A stretch of DNA of 59,714 nucleotides, the filler included, from Platydemus manokwari (taxonomy: Eukaryota), in NCBI GenBank assembly GCA_037951405.1. It is 5 parts of 5 records of this genome, joined end to end, with 100 filler letters (N's around TTAATTAATTAA, not from the genome) between each part and the next. Parts side by side here need not be neighbours in the genome. Positions count along the whole stretch, not along the records: positions 33,645 to 49,686 come from JBBMOY011220320.1; positions 49,787 to 59,714 come from JBBMOY011188100.1; 3 more parts are not named here. One strand, written 5' to 3'. A program made the position numbers and the translations under genes. Position 1 is the first letter of the stretch. Each line of letters starts with the position of its first letter. Shown piece after piece: positions 39,801 to 52,879 of the stretch. The notes beneath the pieces are model-generated. The model worked only from the letters and a program-made list of their open reading frames with translations. It was not told the DNA's origin and ran no database searches.

Positions 39801-40050
39801 TTTGTTCTTTGTATTGTGCATAAAGTGTTGATTTGAAAGGTCACTGATTTTTCAAGAGGATCACCATTAGTGAGAAAGTTTCTGTCATTAGTTATAGTAG
39901 ATGTTGCCATACTGGCTGCTTTTGCAGTTGCTCGAGCCGCTGCTATTGATGCATTTGAAGCCGTTGCTTCTGTGAGAATAATGTTGTTATGTAGATTTAT
40001 ATTACCGTCATTAATTTTTACTGTCGAATTGGCAGTAGCACTAACTGGAT
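36863..40050 (-). CDS. AJM1: Apical junction component AJM-1/C9orf172-like protein, large terminal exon (~1060 codons); 5' exons not resolved
   Basis: The C-terminal region has AJM1-family features: CNLQGC...CYNCYTYYCSKTCRNYDFSFHLTKCSFNRI (MYND-like Zn finger), LSNFAKRNFYRHGEGVVIIAFES..AADDFL...LLSQPYYLS, YNPNKEYLVSL and RKRFFDYVINFFKTKNVQL...VYNKLTRYL. Acceptor ttttttag precedes 40050 (phase 1). The N-terminal part is long, Ser-rich and probably disordered. Confidence 0.85.
38043..38417 (-). repeat. Coding tandem repeat, 5 x 75 bp (25 aa VTNQDEQISKSPNPVSHKVSNINKV), inside AJM1
   Basis: Period is 75 bp (CGTCTTGGTTTGTGACT or a close variant at 38101, 38176, 38251, 38326, 38401). Confidence 0.95.
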
Positions 40051-43000
40051 CTAAAAAAATTACCAAATCAAAATATATGGAGGAAATTTGACCAAATACA
40101 TGCAAACGTAAATAAACTCTCAAGTCTCATTTTATAAGAACTTCCACTTTCAAATTTTATTTTCAAAATTTCCGTCATATTCATTAATTCACAGACGAAT
40201 TCGACTTTCATATGAAAAAATCATTCATTTCACAGCATTAGTAACTACATCAACTTTATTTTTATAATTATCATCATAAAATTTGCCATGTGCTTTTTCA
40301 TCAACAATTCCAGTTGATTCCAATCTCTCGATTGAAAACGACTTGACTTAGAATACATTTATCTTCTGTGAAAATTTTCTAAAAATTGAGCCGCTTAATG
40401 AGAGTTTCCTGTTTCATAAAATTTCTTTACAATAAAAACTTGCTTTTAGTCGTTTAAAATCATGGCAAGGTTGAAATTGAATATTGGCACACAAAACAAG
40501 CAATCAATAATTAAAAATACAGCGAATTCTATTTTTAAATATTCAATGTATTGAGACAGATTTTGCTTGGGGGTACGCTGTGGGACATTCTATGTATTTG
40601 AGAAAGCTATTAAAAACCCATTATTACTCTCACCTGAGTTCACTTAACGCATACATTTATTATAATGAATTTGATGAAATCTTAGAAATAACAAAACCAA
40701 CTTATCGGGTGACCAATTTCCGTGGATTCCAAAGATTATTTATAGAATTTGCTCATAGCTCTGCATTTGATTTATTAGATACTATCATATCAACAAGATT
40801 TTTTTTAAAATAATGTTTAATTCTGAGATTTTAAAATCAATTTCATTGACTCTTAAAAATTTCGTTTAACCACTATTTTTGAAATGAGTTCATGTGGTTC
40901 AATGTCTATTCCAGATAATATACAATTGTACTTCAATAATTTTGTTTCATATAATTGATTTATTTCGTGTAATACAATCTGTATGGTACTTAAAATAAGT
41001 GTATCTTATTTTGACTATAAGATAGATATAAAGAATTGTTCATGAATTTTTGCTAAACGCTTTAGTTTTTCTAACAAATATATTCATCTCTTTATTTACA
41101 TTAGTTATTTCCACGACGTTCTTTTTCCAAACGGTATTAAAAATCAGGAAACATTATTGTTTGGGAAATATTTTTCATTTCTGAAAGTAGCCATGTATCA
41201 CCGTGGATAAATTTCTTCTGGGATTATCCTACATCAATGAAAATATTTAATTTTAACTCCAAGGCAACTGGAGTATACAGCTTCTTATCGATTAATTATA
41301 TGATGATGTGAGGAAAGTAGTTGAAAAGAGACCAATAATGGGTAACTTCTGTGATACTATTGAATAGCAATTTTAAATTATTAATAAAATATTTACAATA
41401 TCCCATTTCCACTGTAGTGAGACCATTATTTTAATTCGATTTAATAAAATTGATAGTTATCCAATACAAGTCAATGATTCTCTAATAAAATCTAATTTCC
41501 CTTAATCAAATGAGGGGAAAATAATAATAATTATTATTATTACAAGTAATTGAAAGCAAAAAAGCAGTCAGCACAGAATACCTTTCATCAAGCTTCAGAG
41601 AAATAGTGACAATAGAATGTAAAACACATTAAATAAAAATGGAATCTATATGTACGAAAATCACAGCGAGTTATCGATTCAAAAAGAGCGTTTGATGTTC
41701 GAATCTATTGGTGAACAATGTATGGGTTTAGCAGATATTACCTTCACTTTTTATTGTCAGAGCACAAAACAGGTAAGTCATACTTTGATCAATAAACAAA
41801 ATATGATATTTCTAGATTATAAGCTTGTAAAAGACATTCTAATTATTTGATTTCCTAAGTAATGCTTCAGTATTGTTAACTTCAGTATATGTTAATTTTC
41901 GATTAAGATCGCCAGAGGTAGAATACAATAAGATAAAATTATCAAATGTTGAATTTTTATTACAATTATTAAAAATATTTAATAATAAAAATAGATTTAC
42001 AAATTCTTATTCATCATTTTTATCATCTGTTTTTTATTATATTTCTTATTTTACATAATTTTAACATTTCGATAAATTAAAAAAAAATAATTTAATAAAC
42101 TGCTAAAAACAAATCAATTTAAAAAATACCACATAAGTTTGGAAAAAGTAAATTTGAACAAGCTTTCACTCTACTATTAATATTGATAATAAAATCAGCT
42201 TCAAAAATTGATGGATTTTTGTTGAATTCTTATTGCTTGAAATGATTTTGGAAAAATTTTGATATAATTGGAGAATAATTTTAGATATCATGATGTTTTA
42301 GAACATTCAATTAATTTTAAGCATTACTTATTTCTTGGTATAAAAATAAACTGTTTTTAATGGCTATCTATATCGATGATTTCAGGAGGATTACTTTGCA
42401 TGTTTCCAACACCGTTTTACACTTTAGAATATCTTACATTCTCCAACAATACATAGTGTTTAATATTCTAGTTTGACCACGTTGTTTTGTAAATAATAAT
42501 ACAGATACATTTTTCTTTATGCATTGTTATAAATTTTTAAAATCAGCATTTTGATATTTACACTCAACATATTTACACTTAAAAATAACAGTATATATTT
42601 GTGTGCACGTGCGTGTATGTGTGTGCGCGTGTTTTGTCTATTTACAGTCAAATTTCCTCACCTAACTTGAGGTTTTACAAAAATTTAATAAATTTACAAC
42701 GAATTTATAACGAATTTTGATAACAGATTTATTAATTAAAAAAAAATCATCATTAATAGATACCTTTTAAATTTAAGCAAAAATTTAACTTAACACATGA
42801 TAAATTTAAATCACCACACCAGTAACAATAGTTGTTTCTCTGGGATGTGTGTTGTGTCCGTAAAATTACTTAAATGACTCCTGAGTAAAAATGTCAGTAA
42901 ACGAAAGGTATCTTCTAAATAAAGATTTGACTATGACAAGTAGGTAAAAAAACATAAACTAAAAAAAATAATTAAAAAAATTCTAAATAAATATATTTAG

Positions 43001-43099
43001 AAATATTCTAAAAGAAAATCATTAATAATTTACTTAAATAAAAAAAATAAAAATAAATAGAATATTCTAGACCAATTTGTTTAAGTGAATCAATTTAAT

Positions 43100-44420
43100 A
43101 ATGTGTGCAGAATAATTATAAAAGACCTCATTTTTGACAATAACTTCCAGCATTTTTAGGTCGGTAACCTTCATTCTATTCTTTGACTTTTGCGTGATTT
43201 TTCTCACACCCGGTCTCCTTGGTTGTTTTTTGTGCTGTATTCAACTTTCGGATGCTGATCTCTTCTTGAGTGATAATATTTTATTGTGTTGTATTCCGAT
43301 TTTAATTACATCTAAGATCTTGTTCTGTACTTACAAATCTATTCTTTGTTTTGAGAGTCTGCTCTGGTTTTCTCTAATTTAGATCATTATTATTCCCCTT
43401 GTAAAATTCTTCGGGTGCAAAGAAAATGATATTAACGGCTCACTCATTGTGTAGACTTGAGTTTTGTTATTACACTTCATTAAAAGGTTTTTAAAAATTG
43501 CATCTCTCTAGTTTACTTCTTTTCAAGTCAAAAGTTGATGTCTGTTCTGACACAGTGAATAAACAAAAATTATAAAATCAATACCCTTTATATTAATAAT
43601 ACTTTATATCAGTTAAAGATGAAAGTAAGAGCAAAGTCTATTTAGGGACAACTCTATACCTGATGAAGACCTTATTTTTGATAATTTTTCATAAAGTACT
43701 GCTTTCAAAGTCTCGGAATCTCCAGTGGTGTTTTTGTAGTTTATTCTAAATTTCCTTTTAATTTTCGGCTGTATTCAATTTGCATTTCACTTGAAGAGTT
43801 ATGTTTTTATCAAAGATGACGTGATTTTGTATTTTTATTGATGTATGTAATATCGGAACCCATACGGTGACGTTAACAAGGGACGTTGGTGCTTGGTTCA
43901 TTGTTTACGCAATAAGTTAAAAGTAGAATCGTGATCAGTTTTCTTCACAATGTCATGCGTCTTTATAAACATATTGATAGAATCTTGTATTATCCAGTAA
44001 TATTTCTTAGTACAAATATTCCTTTCTTAGAGTTTGATTGTAAGTAATCAGCTAAGTAGAATTTCGAAATTGATAATTTTTTACACATTTTCATATATCA
44101 ATGAGTTTGTATGTTTATTTATTATTTTTTTGGTTTAATAGTCATTTCTGACTATATATGAATATTTTAAATTTATCAGACTTTTGTCATGGAAGCTGTG
44201 TTCAATTGCCTAATTCCTCTGTCAGCAACATTCTCAATAAAATGGTACCTTTAAAAATATATCCTAGTAAATGCTGGTACTCCATCCCCAGTTCTGACAT
44301 TGCCTATCGGTAGATTTTGAAATTCGCCAAAGTTTATTCCTTACTTAATGTAAATCATGTTTTTAGAAAGAGGTGAGGGTCATGTTGTCATCATTGGAAA
44401 GAGAAGTCACCGGCACTAAA
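43100..44420 (-). mobile_element. Highly decayed LTR-retrotransposon pol-like remnant
   Basis: Minus-strand KTDHDSTFNLL...SDITYINKN (~43830-43945) resembles the RNase H C-terminal TDH motif. Flanks are coding-like but stop-riddled. Confidence 0.3.
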
Positions 44421-47400
44421 AATTTTACTAAAAATAACCTGTTGTTATGTTTTTAAAGAATTTCATGATTTAACTTTAGATTTATGAATCTAAAGGAGCT
44501 ATATATACTATTGGGTACATCATATAGTTAATAAATAACAAATTACACATAAATTTGTATACACTTTATAACTCAGCTTGAATAAGGAATAAAGTTATAA
44601 CCAAATATAGAATAAAAATATTATAAAAATAAAGATAAAATTAACGAATTGATAAATATACTTAAACATCAAAAATTATAATAATACCACATAGAAATAA
44701 GAGTAAACGAAAAATTCATTACAGAAAATAACAGTCACTGAATCAAAGGCCACCCAGAACGAAGTATAACTTATTATCGAATTTTACGAATCTTATAATT
44801 GCTATTAGAATACTGAGTATATCATTTCTCGTGATCAAGGAATCTACGTTAATTAATTCCGTATCATCTTGAAGTAGAATTTTAAAATTAATTCAATGTT
44901 ATCGCGAAGAATAATTCGGTTGAAAATCATCAAGATTAATCTATTTAACAATTCAATACATAAATTCCTAAGTTCAAATACTAGAATAATCAAGAGGTTG
45001 AAATATCACTTTAAATATTGAACTAATCAAAGATAAAAATCAATAAATATTTTTTATAAAATTCTACAATGTAAAAACATAGTCACTCAACAATTTTTTT
45101 AAACAGAGTTGGAAACCAAATTGTAAACCCATTGTAAAAAATTCGACAACTGTGATTATACAATGATTGCAAATCTAAATTTCTTACGGAAAATAATTAT
45201 AATGCTTTTTAATTATCAAAGGAACCAACTAACCATTAATTTGTGTTGTTAATAACTAATATTTAAAAGTAATTTATTTCATTAATATTCTAACTACAGC
45301 GTACAAACATCGGATTGAGCCGGTTTCAACTGAAGTATAAACAATTTATAAACTCATTGATAGGTACCCATTACACCTAACCACCTCAACAACCAAGACT
45401 CTTGCGTGACACGACTATAAGGAAAAACTCTCAATAAAATATAACCATAAATAAAAGCAAATATAATTAATCAACGATCGGTTGTTCCAATTTGGTTAGT
45501 TATTCTCAAATAAGTATTGTATTTCATTGTCAAATGAGTTATCGTACTGTATTATATTGCATTGATAATTTTATCTGCATTTCAATCATTGTCCTCATTT
45601 GAACATTGTATATAAACAGAATCTGTAGTAATAATTATAATTTTTTATCGAATCATTTATTTTATTATTGATTTATACATCAAGTTTTGTATAGTTCATA
45701 ATTATGCATACATCTTTGGAATTAGGTGTCTAACTTAAATAATTTATAATAAAAACTATAGAATTCTGCAATGTAATAATTGTCATATAAATTGTTAAAA
45801 CGTTTGATATAAAATACAAAAAATACAATTTTACAATAAAATAAAATCGATAAAGCAAGAGATAGTATAATATGATACGATATTAAAATTTACTGAATAT
45901 GAAATAACAAATAATAAGCTTGTATATTTATTAAAAATCCCACTGTTATAGATATTGTTAGAAAGGTCTCCTATGTTTCTGCTTTAGATCCCTATTCATT
46001 TTTAAAACTTTAAAGCTGACTTGGATTTTACGCAAATTTTTATAAATTAATTAAGATTTGGTTGGACTGGGTGCAAACTAAATAAATTACTAAACATTAA
46101 AAAATCATTATAAATAATGATAACGATAAACATTTAATTCATTGAAATTGAAATAAAATAATAAATTACTTTCGGAGGAATTTGCACAATTCAAATTAAT
46201 GTTCGACGTAATAAACCGACTTTAGTTTTTTTCTAATTGTCAAGATTTACGCAGGTTTTCTTAAAATTTTTATTCAATAAAATTGTTTTGATTGTCTATT
46301 TATATTGGTTTGATTTCCTTTGTTTTTAGTTATCGCATTTACCAACAAAGACAAGCAGTGCCAGAGACATATTTGCAGTATTAAAAAAACTTGCATAATA
46401 CTTATTCTCGTTAACCCACGCTTAGTTGTATCAAATTTACACGAAGTAAAGAGCATTTTTTATTTGCATATCACCAGAAATGTAGAGTATCGCATAACTA
46501 TAAACCAGACACATACAGAAGCCAATAACTACTTTTTTCTATATACATCCACAGTTATTATGTATAATGTTTTAAGTACTAAATTAATAACTTTCTTGGC
46601 TATTCTTAAATATATGAAACTCGCTTTATATCAACCAACTATCTTTTGTTGTTATTGTATTTAAAATACCAGCACAATGTATTGCCCTTAAGAGTGTGTT
46701 CTTAAACATTATGATAACTTTAGTGACAAAACCTAACTATTTAACCAACTCAATAAAATTTATTTCCTCATAGTATTCTTCATTGCGTGTATTTATAGCT
46801 TGAATAATTAATTTTTTAGGTATTTCTATTTTCGTTTTAACTAATTTCTTCACGACATTTATCTTGATTAGAGTCAAATAATTTGAAAATTTATCTTAAT
46901 AGAAAATGAAACTTTTTGAAAATAGTTAGTCTTCAAGCGACTTCGTTCTCGACTGATAGAACATTTGGTTATTATCTAATCGTTATTTAACATTCTTCCA
47001 TATCTTATTCTTCTCAAGGACAAAGATTCTTTTTTTAATAAAGTCACTGATAATGTTGTACATCCACTGTCTTAAATTTCTAGGAAGTGTATCGGAGCAG
47101 TAATATTCATGTTAGGAGACAATGTAATTTATTATACATTATAGATAATTATATTCGAATCCTCAGAAACAACAACCTTTTGTAAGACTGCAAAACACTG
47201 GATCCAAGGCTTTAAGTGCAAGTTTGTCTTATTCTTTTGAGTAAAACCCTTTACATACGACAAGTATATCAGCTGATTCTAAACTTTCTAAAAGTAATTT
47301 AGTAGTTCATTCTCAACTAACCATTGATTTAGATGCTTGTAGAGTGAACATATTGTAACTATTCAGGTTACCATATTCTTTCATCGGTTTCGGTACGATA

Positions 47401-48050
47401 ACATCGTTAAGATGGAATAAATATGCTAGGAAGTTCTATTTTAAGGCCAAACAAAATTACTCCTATGGTTCGTGTTGCTATCTCAAGATAGATATTTATA
47501 GATATAGATAGACGAATAGATATTTGCAAAAAAATCAGTTTTATGATTATTTAGAACTCATTAAATCTCATTTTCCGCTATATCCAACGTAACAATCGAC
47601 GAACTAACATTTTCTTGAAAGAATTTCTGGAGGATTGACTACAAAATACATTTATTCATTAGCAGGATACTTCCATTAGCGCAATACTTCCAATCGATAA
47701 TCATTCATTATAAAAAAGCGCAATAATCTCCGAATCATAAGCTAAGCTTATATTTAATAATCTTAATAAGCTTATATATTATATTTAATAATCGCTACGC
47801 GTGTTAACACATTTTTTACTTTCAGGTTTCAAATTGAATTTATCATGAAGACCAAACGAATAAAAAGTAAGATACGAATTGATGATCCAACCAAAATGAT
47901 ATTATCGTTATCAATGGAAGAAATCGAACCACCGGATCACAAGGTAACCAATCAATAAAACAGCAGATTTAAAAAAATCAATAAATAAACAGAAATAATT
48001 GTAGATAATCAATATGAAAAATGGTAAGCCAAACATATATTAGATCAACA

Positions 48051-49344
48051 TTAATATTCGATTTCGAAATAAGAATACTCCTTATCAAATTTGTACATTC
48101 TAACGAGACCTTCTTCTCCACCAGATGCGTATCTAAAAATATCATCAACATTTAATCAATAACATTAACAATCTGCTTACCCTGATCCAGTGGGATTGAA
48201 TGCAACGCTATTGATAGGACCGAAATGGCCTTTAACACTAGTTATCTCATTTTCAAATATCATATGACAAAACAAAGCTTCGAATTTGCCCTTGCTAGCA
48301 GCAGTTTTGGTAACTTCGGCTGCCTCTTGACCACCACCCAACAATACGTGATTTCTATCAGGACTGATAGCTGCCGAATTAAGTGGACGATCGGCTTTGT
48401 ATTTTTTCACGACTTGCATAGTATACGCATTGAAGAGCTACGAACGCATTAATTATGAAATATTGGATATCATACATACTTTTGCTGTTTGATCTTTAGA
48501 CGATGTAATGAACATTGTGTTGTCCCGACTGGGTTGCATATCTGTGATAGTAGCATTGTGAACTTGTACTTTCTCATCAAAGTTCATTTGTTTCATATTG
48601 AAACGTGAAAGCATGCCATTTTCGTGAGATGTATATATGTAACTATCAATTGGACCCCATAAACTATTGGTAATCTTAGAATCGTTAGGAGACTCTCTGC
48701 GCCAAATCGGAGTCGATTCGACTATCTATTAAAAATAAGTTAAGAAGCATTTCTTTAAAAAATTAATTCATAAATAGTATTTCATATTTCTTAAATCTTA
48801 GCGCAATCTCATTGATAACAACTATTTATAATTTACCTGAGTCCTATCACGAATGTCAAAAACCATCATTTCGCATTTTTGTCCTTTAATATTATCAGTT
48901 GTTAGTAAAATATTATTTCCACCATATGAGAATTGACAGCTTCTGACCGAAGACAAAGTTTTAATGCTATTAATTAAAGTTCCTATTAATTAAATGATTA
49001 TTTTTACAAAAATTAATTAAGAAAACCTGTTTCAACATCCCATATATTTAAAGTATCATCAGCGGCACCAGTTATCATAAACCTAGTTTCCCAATCAACA
49101 TCAAGGCACCAAACGGCACCATTATGGCCTTCATAAGTACCTAGTCTTTCTCCGTTTACAGTAAACCAAACATTTGGTTCCTTTTCTTTAGCTATAGTAA
49201 ATAGCAAATCACCTTCACGGTTATATTTTACTTGTGTTATTGGCCTTTCATGACCTTGCAAAATCAATGGTCTCTGCAAAAAGATGATTGAAATAGAAAA
49301 TTATATTAATTAATTGGTCAATAAATATAGTCCACACTTACCAT
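48051..49344 (-). CDS. EIF3I: Eukaryotic translation initiation factor 3 subunit I (TRIP-1/Tif34), WD40, 6 coding exons, 326 aa
   Basis: Exons 49344-49342 (ATG), 49273-49027, 48982-48837, 48725-48480, 48437-48181 and 48132-48051 total 981 nt, all GT-AG and phase-consistent. Reads [26 protein letters not shown]...[12 protein letters not shown]...[13 protein letters not shown]...SGGEEGLVR. Confidence 0.97.
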
Positions 49345-49686
49345 TTTCAAAATTAAAAAATATTACAATTATATAAACAAACTATTTATTTTGATCTCGA
49401 ATGATTTGTATTTGTCAACAATATTTGCATTATTAGTTATGTCAACTGGATGTAAAAATGCTAAAAAATACTATGGGAAACATTCATTATCATTATTATA
49501 CAATACATGCAGCATTAATTATAAATTGAAATATACTTAAATTAATTTTGACTTAGTCAATATTTTAAAAAAATTCAAATAAAATATTTTAAAATATCTA
49601 AATGAGCTTTAATATCTGTGTTATTTGATTTAACTATTGCAGAGAAATTTATTTATTTAATATTTTACCTTTAAATTTAAAAAATA

Positions 49687-49786
49687 NNNNNNNNNNNNNN
49701 NNNNNNNNNNNNNNNNNNNNNNNNNNNNNNTTAATTAATTAANNNNNNNNNNNNNNNNNNNNNNNNNNNNNNNNNNNNNNNNNNNN
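49687..49786. other. Artificial contig spacer
   Basis: 44N-TTAATTAATTAA-44N. Confidence 0.97.
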
Positions 49787-51550
49787 TAAAGAAATTTCAA
49801 AATCTAATAAAGCTAAACATTTAAAGACTAATAGTCATATACTACGAAGTACGAGTATGAATGGTATGAATGTAAGTACGAAATTAAAAGGTTTCAAAGG
49901 AGGTGATATACAACAAGCTATTACAAATAAGTTTTTGAATAAATTTAATGCCGGTTGTCATCTTGAAGAATTTCATTTAAAAACTTTAATAAAACTAATC
50001 CTGTACATAATTACATAGAACCTGGAACAAATATACAAGATCGATTAACTGCTTGCTTGAACGAAGTACGTAAGAACCGATTATGGTTAACTTCTGCTAT
50101 AATTTGAATGACTCTAAACTTAGTGAAGAAACTAAAAACTTTATGGATATTTTTAAAATTTTCTTAATTACTTTTCTTAATTAATGGCATTAAAACCTAT
50201 TTACAAAAAGATAGGAAAGATAATAAAGAACTTATCCTTTTTTGTCAAATAATTGAAAAAGTTTTGTCATCTGATCAAAGAGTTTTCTTTCGATAATAAC
50301 CATGACAGTGGAACTAATCCAGTAAAATCTAAAAATAATATTACTGATCTACGTGCAAAGTTAAACTTTGCAGACCTTTTTAAACAAAGAGATAACAAAA
50401 CAAATGAACCTAAAAATACAACTAGTTCCACTGTCAATACTAATAAAAAAATTTTTGATGATGACTCGTGCTTAAATGATTAGAATCCTGCAAACTCGAG
50501 TGAAAAGGACGAACCTTTTATACCACTTGAGTTGGTGGTAAGAAAGTAGAAATCCCGGATACACAACGATAATAGTTCGAATGATACTAAAATGGATGCA
50601 AAAAATAGGGATAAAGATGCTAAAAAAGCCATTCCCAATGCTTCTAAGTATTAAAAAAAACGTAAAAACAAACTGTTAAAGGTAATCACATCAGGTAAAT
50701 CTGATACCACTGATCCGATCTGCAAAAGAGATCGAATAAATAAACCTAAAAAGGTTGATCCACCCACTCTTAGGAATAATCATGAAACAGCAGAGACAAT
50801 TCCAACTGCTAATGTTCATGATAGTCACACCGGGCAAGGAAATAAAATTAGCCCAATTGACAAAATTGAGCTGAATTTCTTTAAATCGATTCGGAAAAAT
50901 AATTGGAATGTTATTAAAAGTTCCAAAAAAGAGACTGCTGTCTCTAGATCCGAACGCGTCAACAAATTGCTTGATTATAATAGTGTCAGTAATAAGATCA
51001 GATGTATAAACACGCATTGCTCAAGAGTTCTCATGAGAATGTCAAAGTTATACATAGAATCACGTAATGTTTCTTTGGCCAATAAAGAGAAAAAGATGAT
51101 CTCTGCATTTCAGGATGGATTACTACCGAAGCCTCATATAGGAAAAAATCTGATCGACTCTCCTGAATCTGTAAGTAAATTCCTCTTCAAGAATTTTACT
51201 AAGCTTATTAGAGGTGTCTCAAACACCAACTCTACTAACCAAAACGATTATTTTAATCAAACGCTTAAAGTGCTTGAGATGGAAAATCGAATCCCTAAAT
51301 GTTTGATGAACAAGCAAGCTGAATTATTCAAATGCAAACTAAAACTTAGAGAATCTGTTGATGAGCCTGTTAATGAGTCAAAGGTTCTCTAAAGCCCACA
51401 GCAGATGATGCCGAAATGAAAAATCTCCTGAAAAATCTTAAAAGGGATCAAGGTTTCCCGAAGGAGATTGTTTATATGAACTCCCAGTTCTTAACAAGTT
51501 CAAGTTCTGCGTCCTATAAACCAAACATGACGGTTACGGACACGATATGG
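49787..51550 (+). pseudogene. Decayed ~1.7-kb coding-like tract of unknown origin (probably a mobile-element ORF)
   Basis: Colinear plus-strand open segments (50253-50483, 50967-51392, from 51416) are separated by stops and frameshifts, with no obvious intron structure. Confidence 0.4.
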
Positions 51551-52870
51551 AATTTTCGTGCAATAAACATATGTCAATTAGCACTAACTGACCAAAAGGC
51601 CAGAAGCGTTTTAGAAATGCAAAATGTGACGATAAGGGTTATAGAAATAAATTTCCATATAAATTGTTGTTACCTATCCAACACAATTCCCATTATTAAT
51701 TGTAAGCTGGTAAGGTATCTAAGAGCTCCCACGATAATTTGAATGCAATACTTCATTAGTGAAGTCATCATCTGTAAGATTAGTCGATTAGGGCGATCGG
51801 TCGCCAGGAGGTGATAATGTGGGACGTTGCTTGTTTGCCAGGTTTCAATAGCAAGTTTGTGTTACAATCTTTCCATTGGTCTCGTATTGTTTTGGTTCTG
51901 AGAATGCGGTTAAATAAGGACTGAAGAAACAGTTGTTGTGTGTCTATTTGTCTCCAGTCTTTATAAGTTAATCAGTTGTTTCCTGTTGCGGACTTGGAAA
52001 GTTTGTCAAACGTGTTTTGGATTTCTTCAAGCGTAATTTCTTTAAGATTGGAGTTGTCTTCGAACCTTCGTAGAGTTGGATTGAATGTCTCTGGGAGCGG
52101 AGCTGGTATCGGTTTAGTGTAGTGTGAGGTGATGTAGGAGATGACGGAGTTGCAGTTGGGTTTAAAGAAAGTAGTATGCTTTTATTGTTTTCTTTGGTTC
52201 GGTGAGGAATTGTGTTCTGATTTTGAAGTCCGAAGATGATTCGTCTATGAAGTGAATTACAGACGGTTTGACCATCTTTTTTAGTTGGATCTTTAGTTGA
52301 CATTGTTGTCTTTGCAGTAATTAACATTTGAGTCAGATTTGCGGGGTTTGATTCGTTCAGCTTGATTGCCTCAATCATCATGGGACTCATTTGGAGCGCA
52401 ATGTCTTGACCTGTCTGTACAGTTAGTCTTCGGAGAAGTAGAATCTCAGAGATAATCCTGTTTATGTTGGTTCTGAGATGCGGGAGTACTGGGGTGTGAA
52501 AAACCGGTGAGTTGTTGGCTTAATCTATCACATGCTGTATGACAAAAAGTCCACAATCGGATGAGTTGAGTTTGAGAGAGTCCTGTAATATAGATTGTCT
52601 CAGAGTCATGGTTTTTTCAATCACTTTGAGGTTTCGGAGTAGATTGTCAAGTTTGTTCCATAGGCATTTTTGTTCCGCAGATAAGTGTTTTTTTGCCGGG
52701 TCTATAAAGTAGGAACAGTGTTTCGAACGGTCGGCGATATATAAGTTCCAGTGGTTGTTGTTCCAGTGGATTAGCCAGTAAGCTTTCCTTCATGTAGCGA
52801 GTTTCTGGAACGGGAACGATTCGAAGAGGTCATAGGCAACTCTCGATACATCATTGAAAGATTTATGAGA
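51550..52870 (-). mobile_element. Internally deleted NeSL-like non-LTR retrotransposon with a Ulp1/C48 protease, RT N-terminus and RLE tail
   Basis: Minus strand, in order: protease WLIHWNNNHWNLYIADRSKHCSYFIDP...NSSDCGLFVIQH; a Thr/Pro-rich linker; RT regions 0-2 KSATGNN*LTYKDWRQID...LFNRILRTKTIRDQWKDCNTNLLLKPGK...SWRPIALID*SYR; then IIVGAL (~51721-51738), like the RLE C-terminal motif. Confidence 0.85.
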
Positions 52871-52879
52871 TGTTTTTTC

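Noticed and set aside
43659-43690. CCTGATGAAGAC resembling a Penelope-type hammerhead core
   Set aside because: No stem II partner or GAAA follows.
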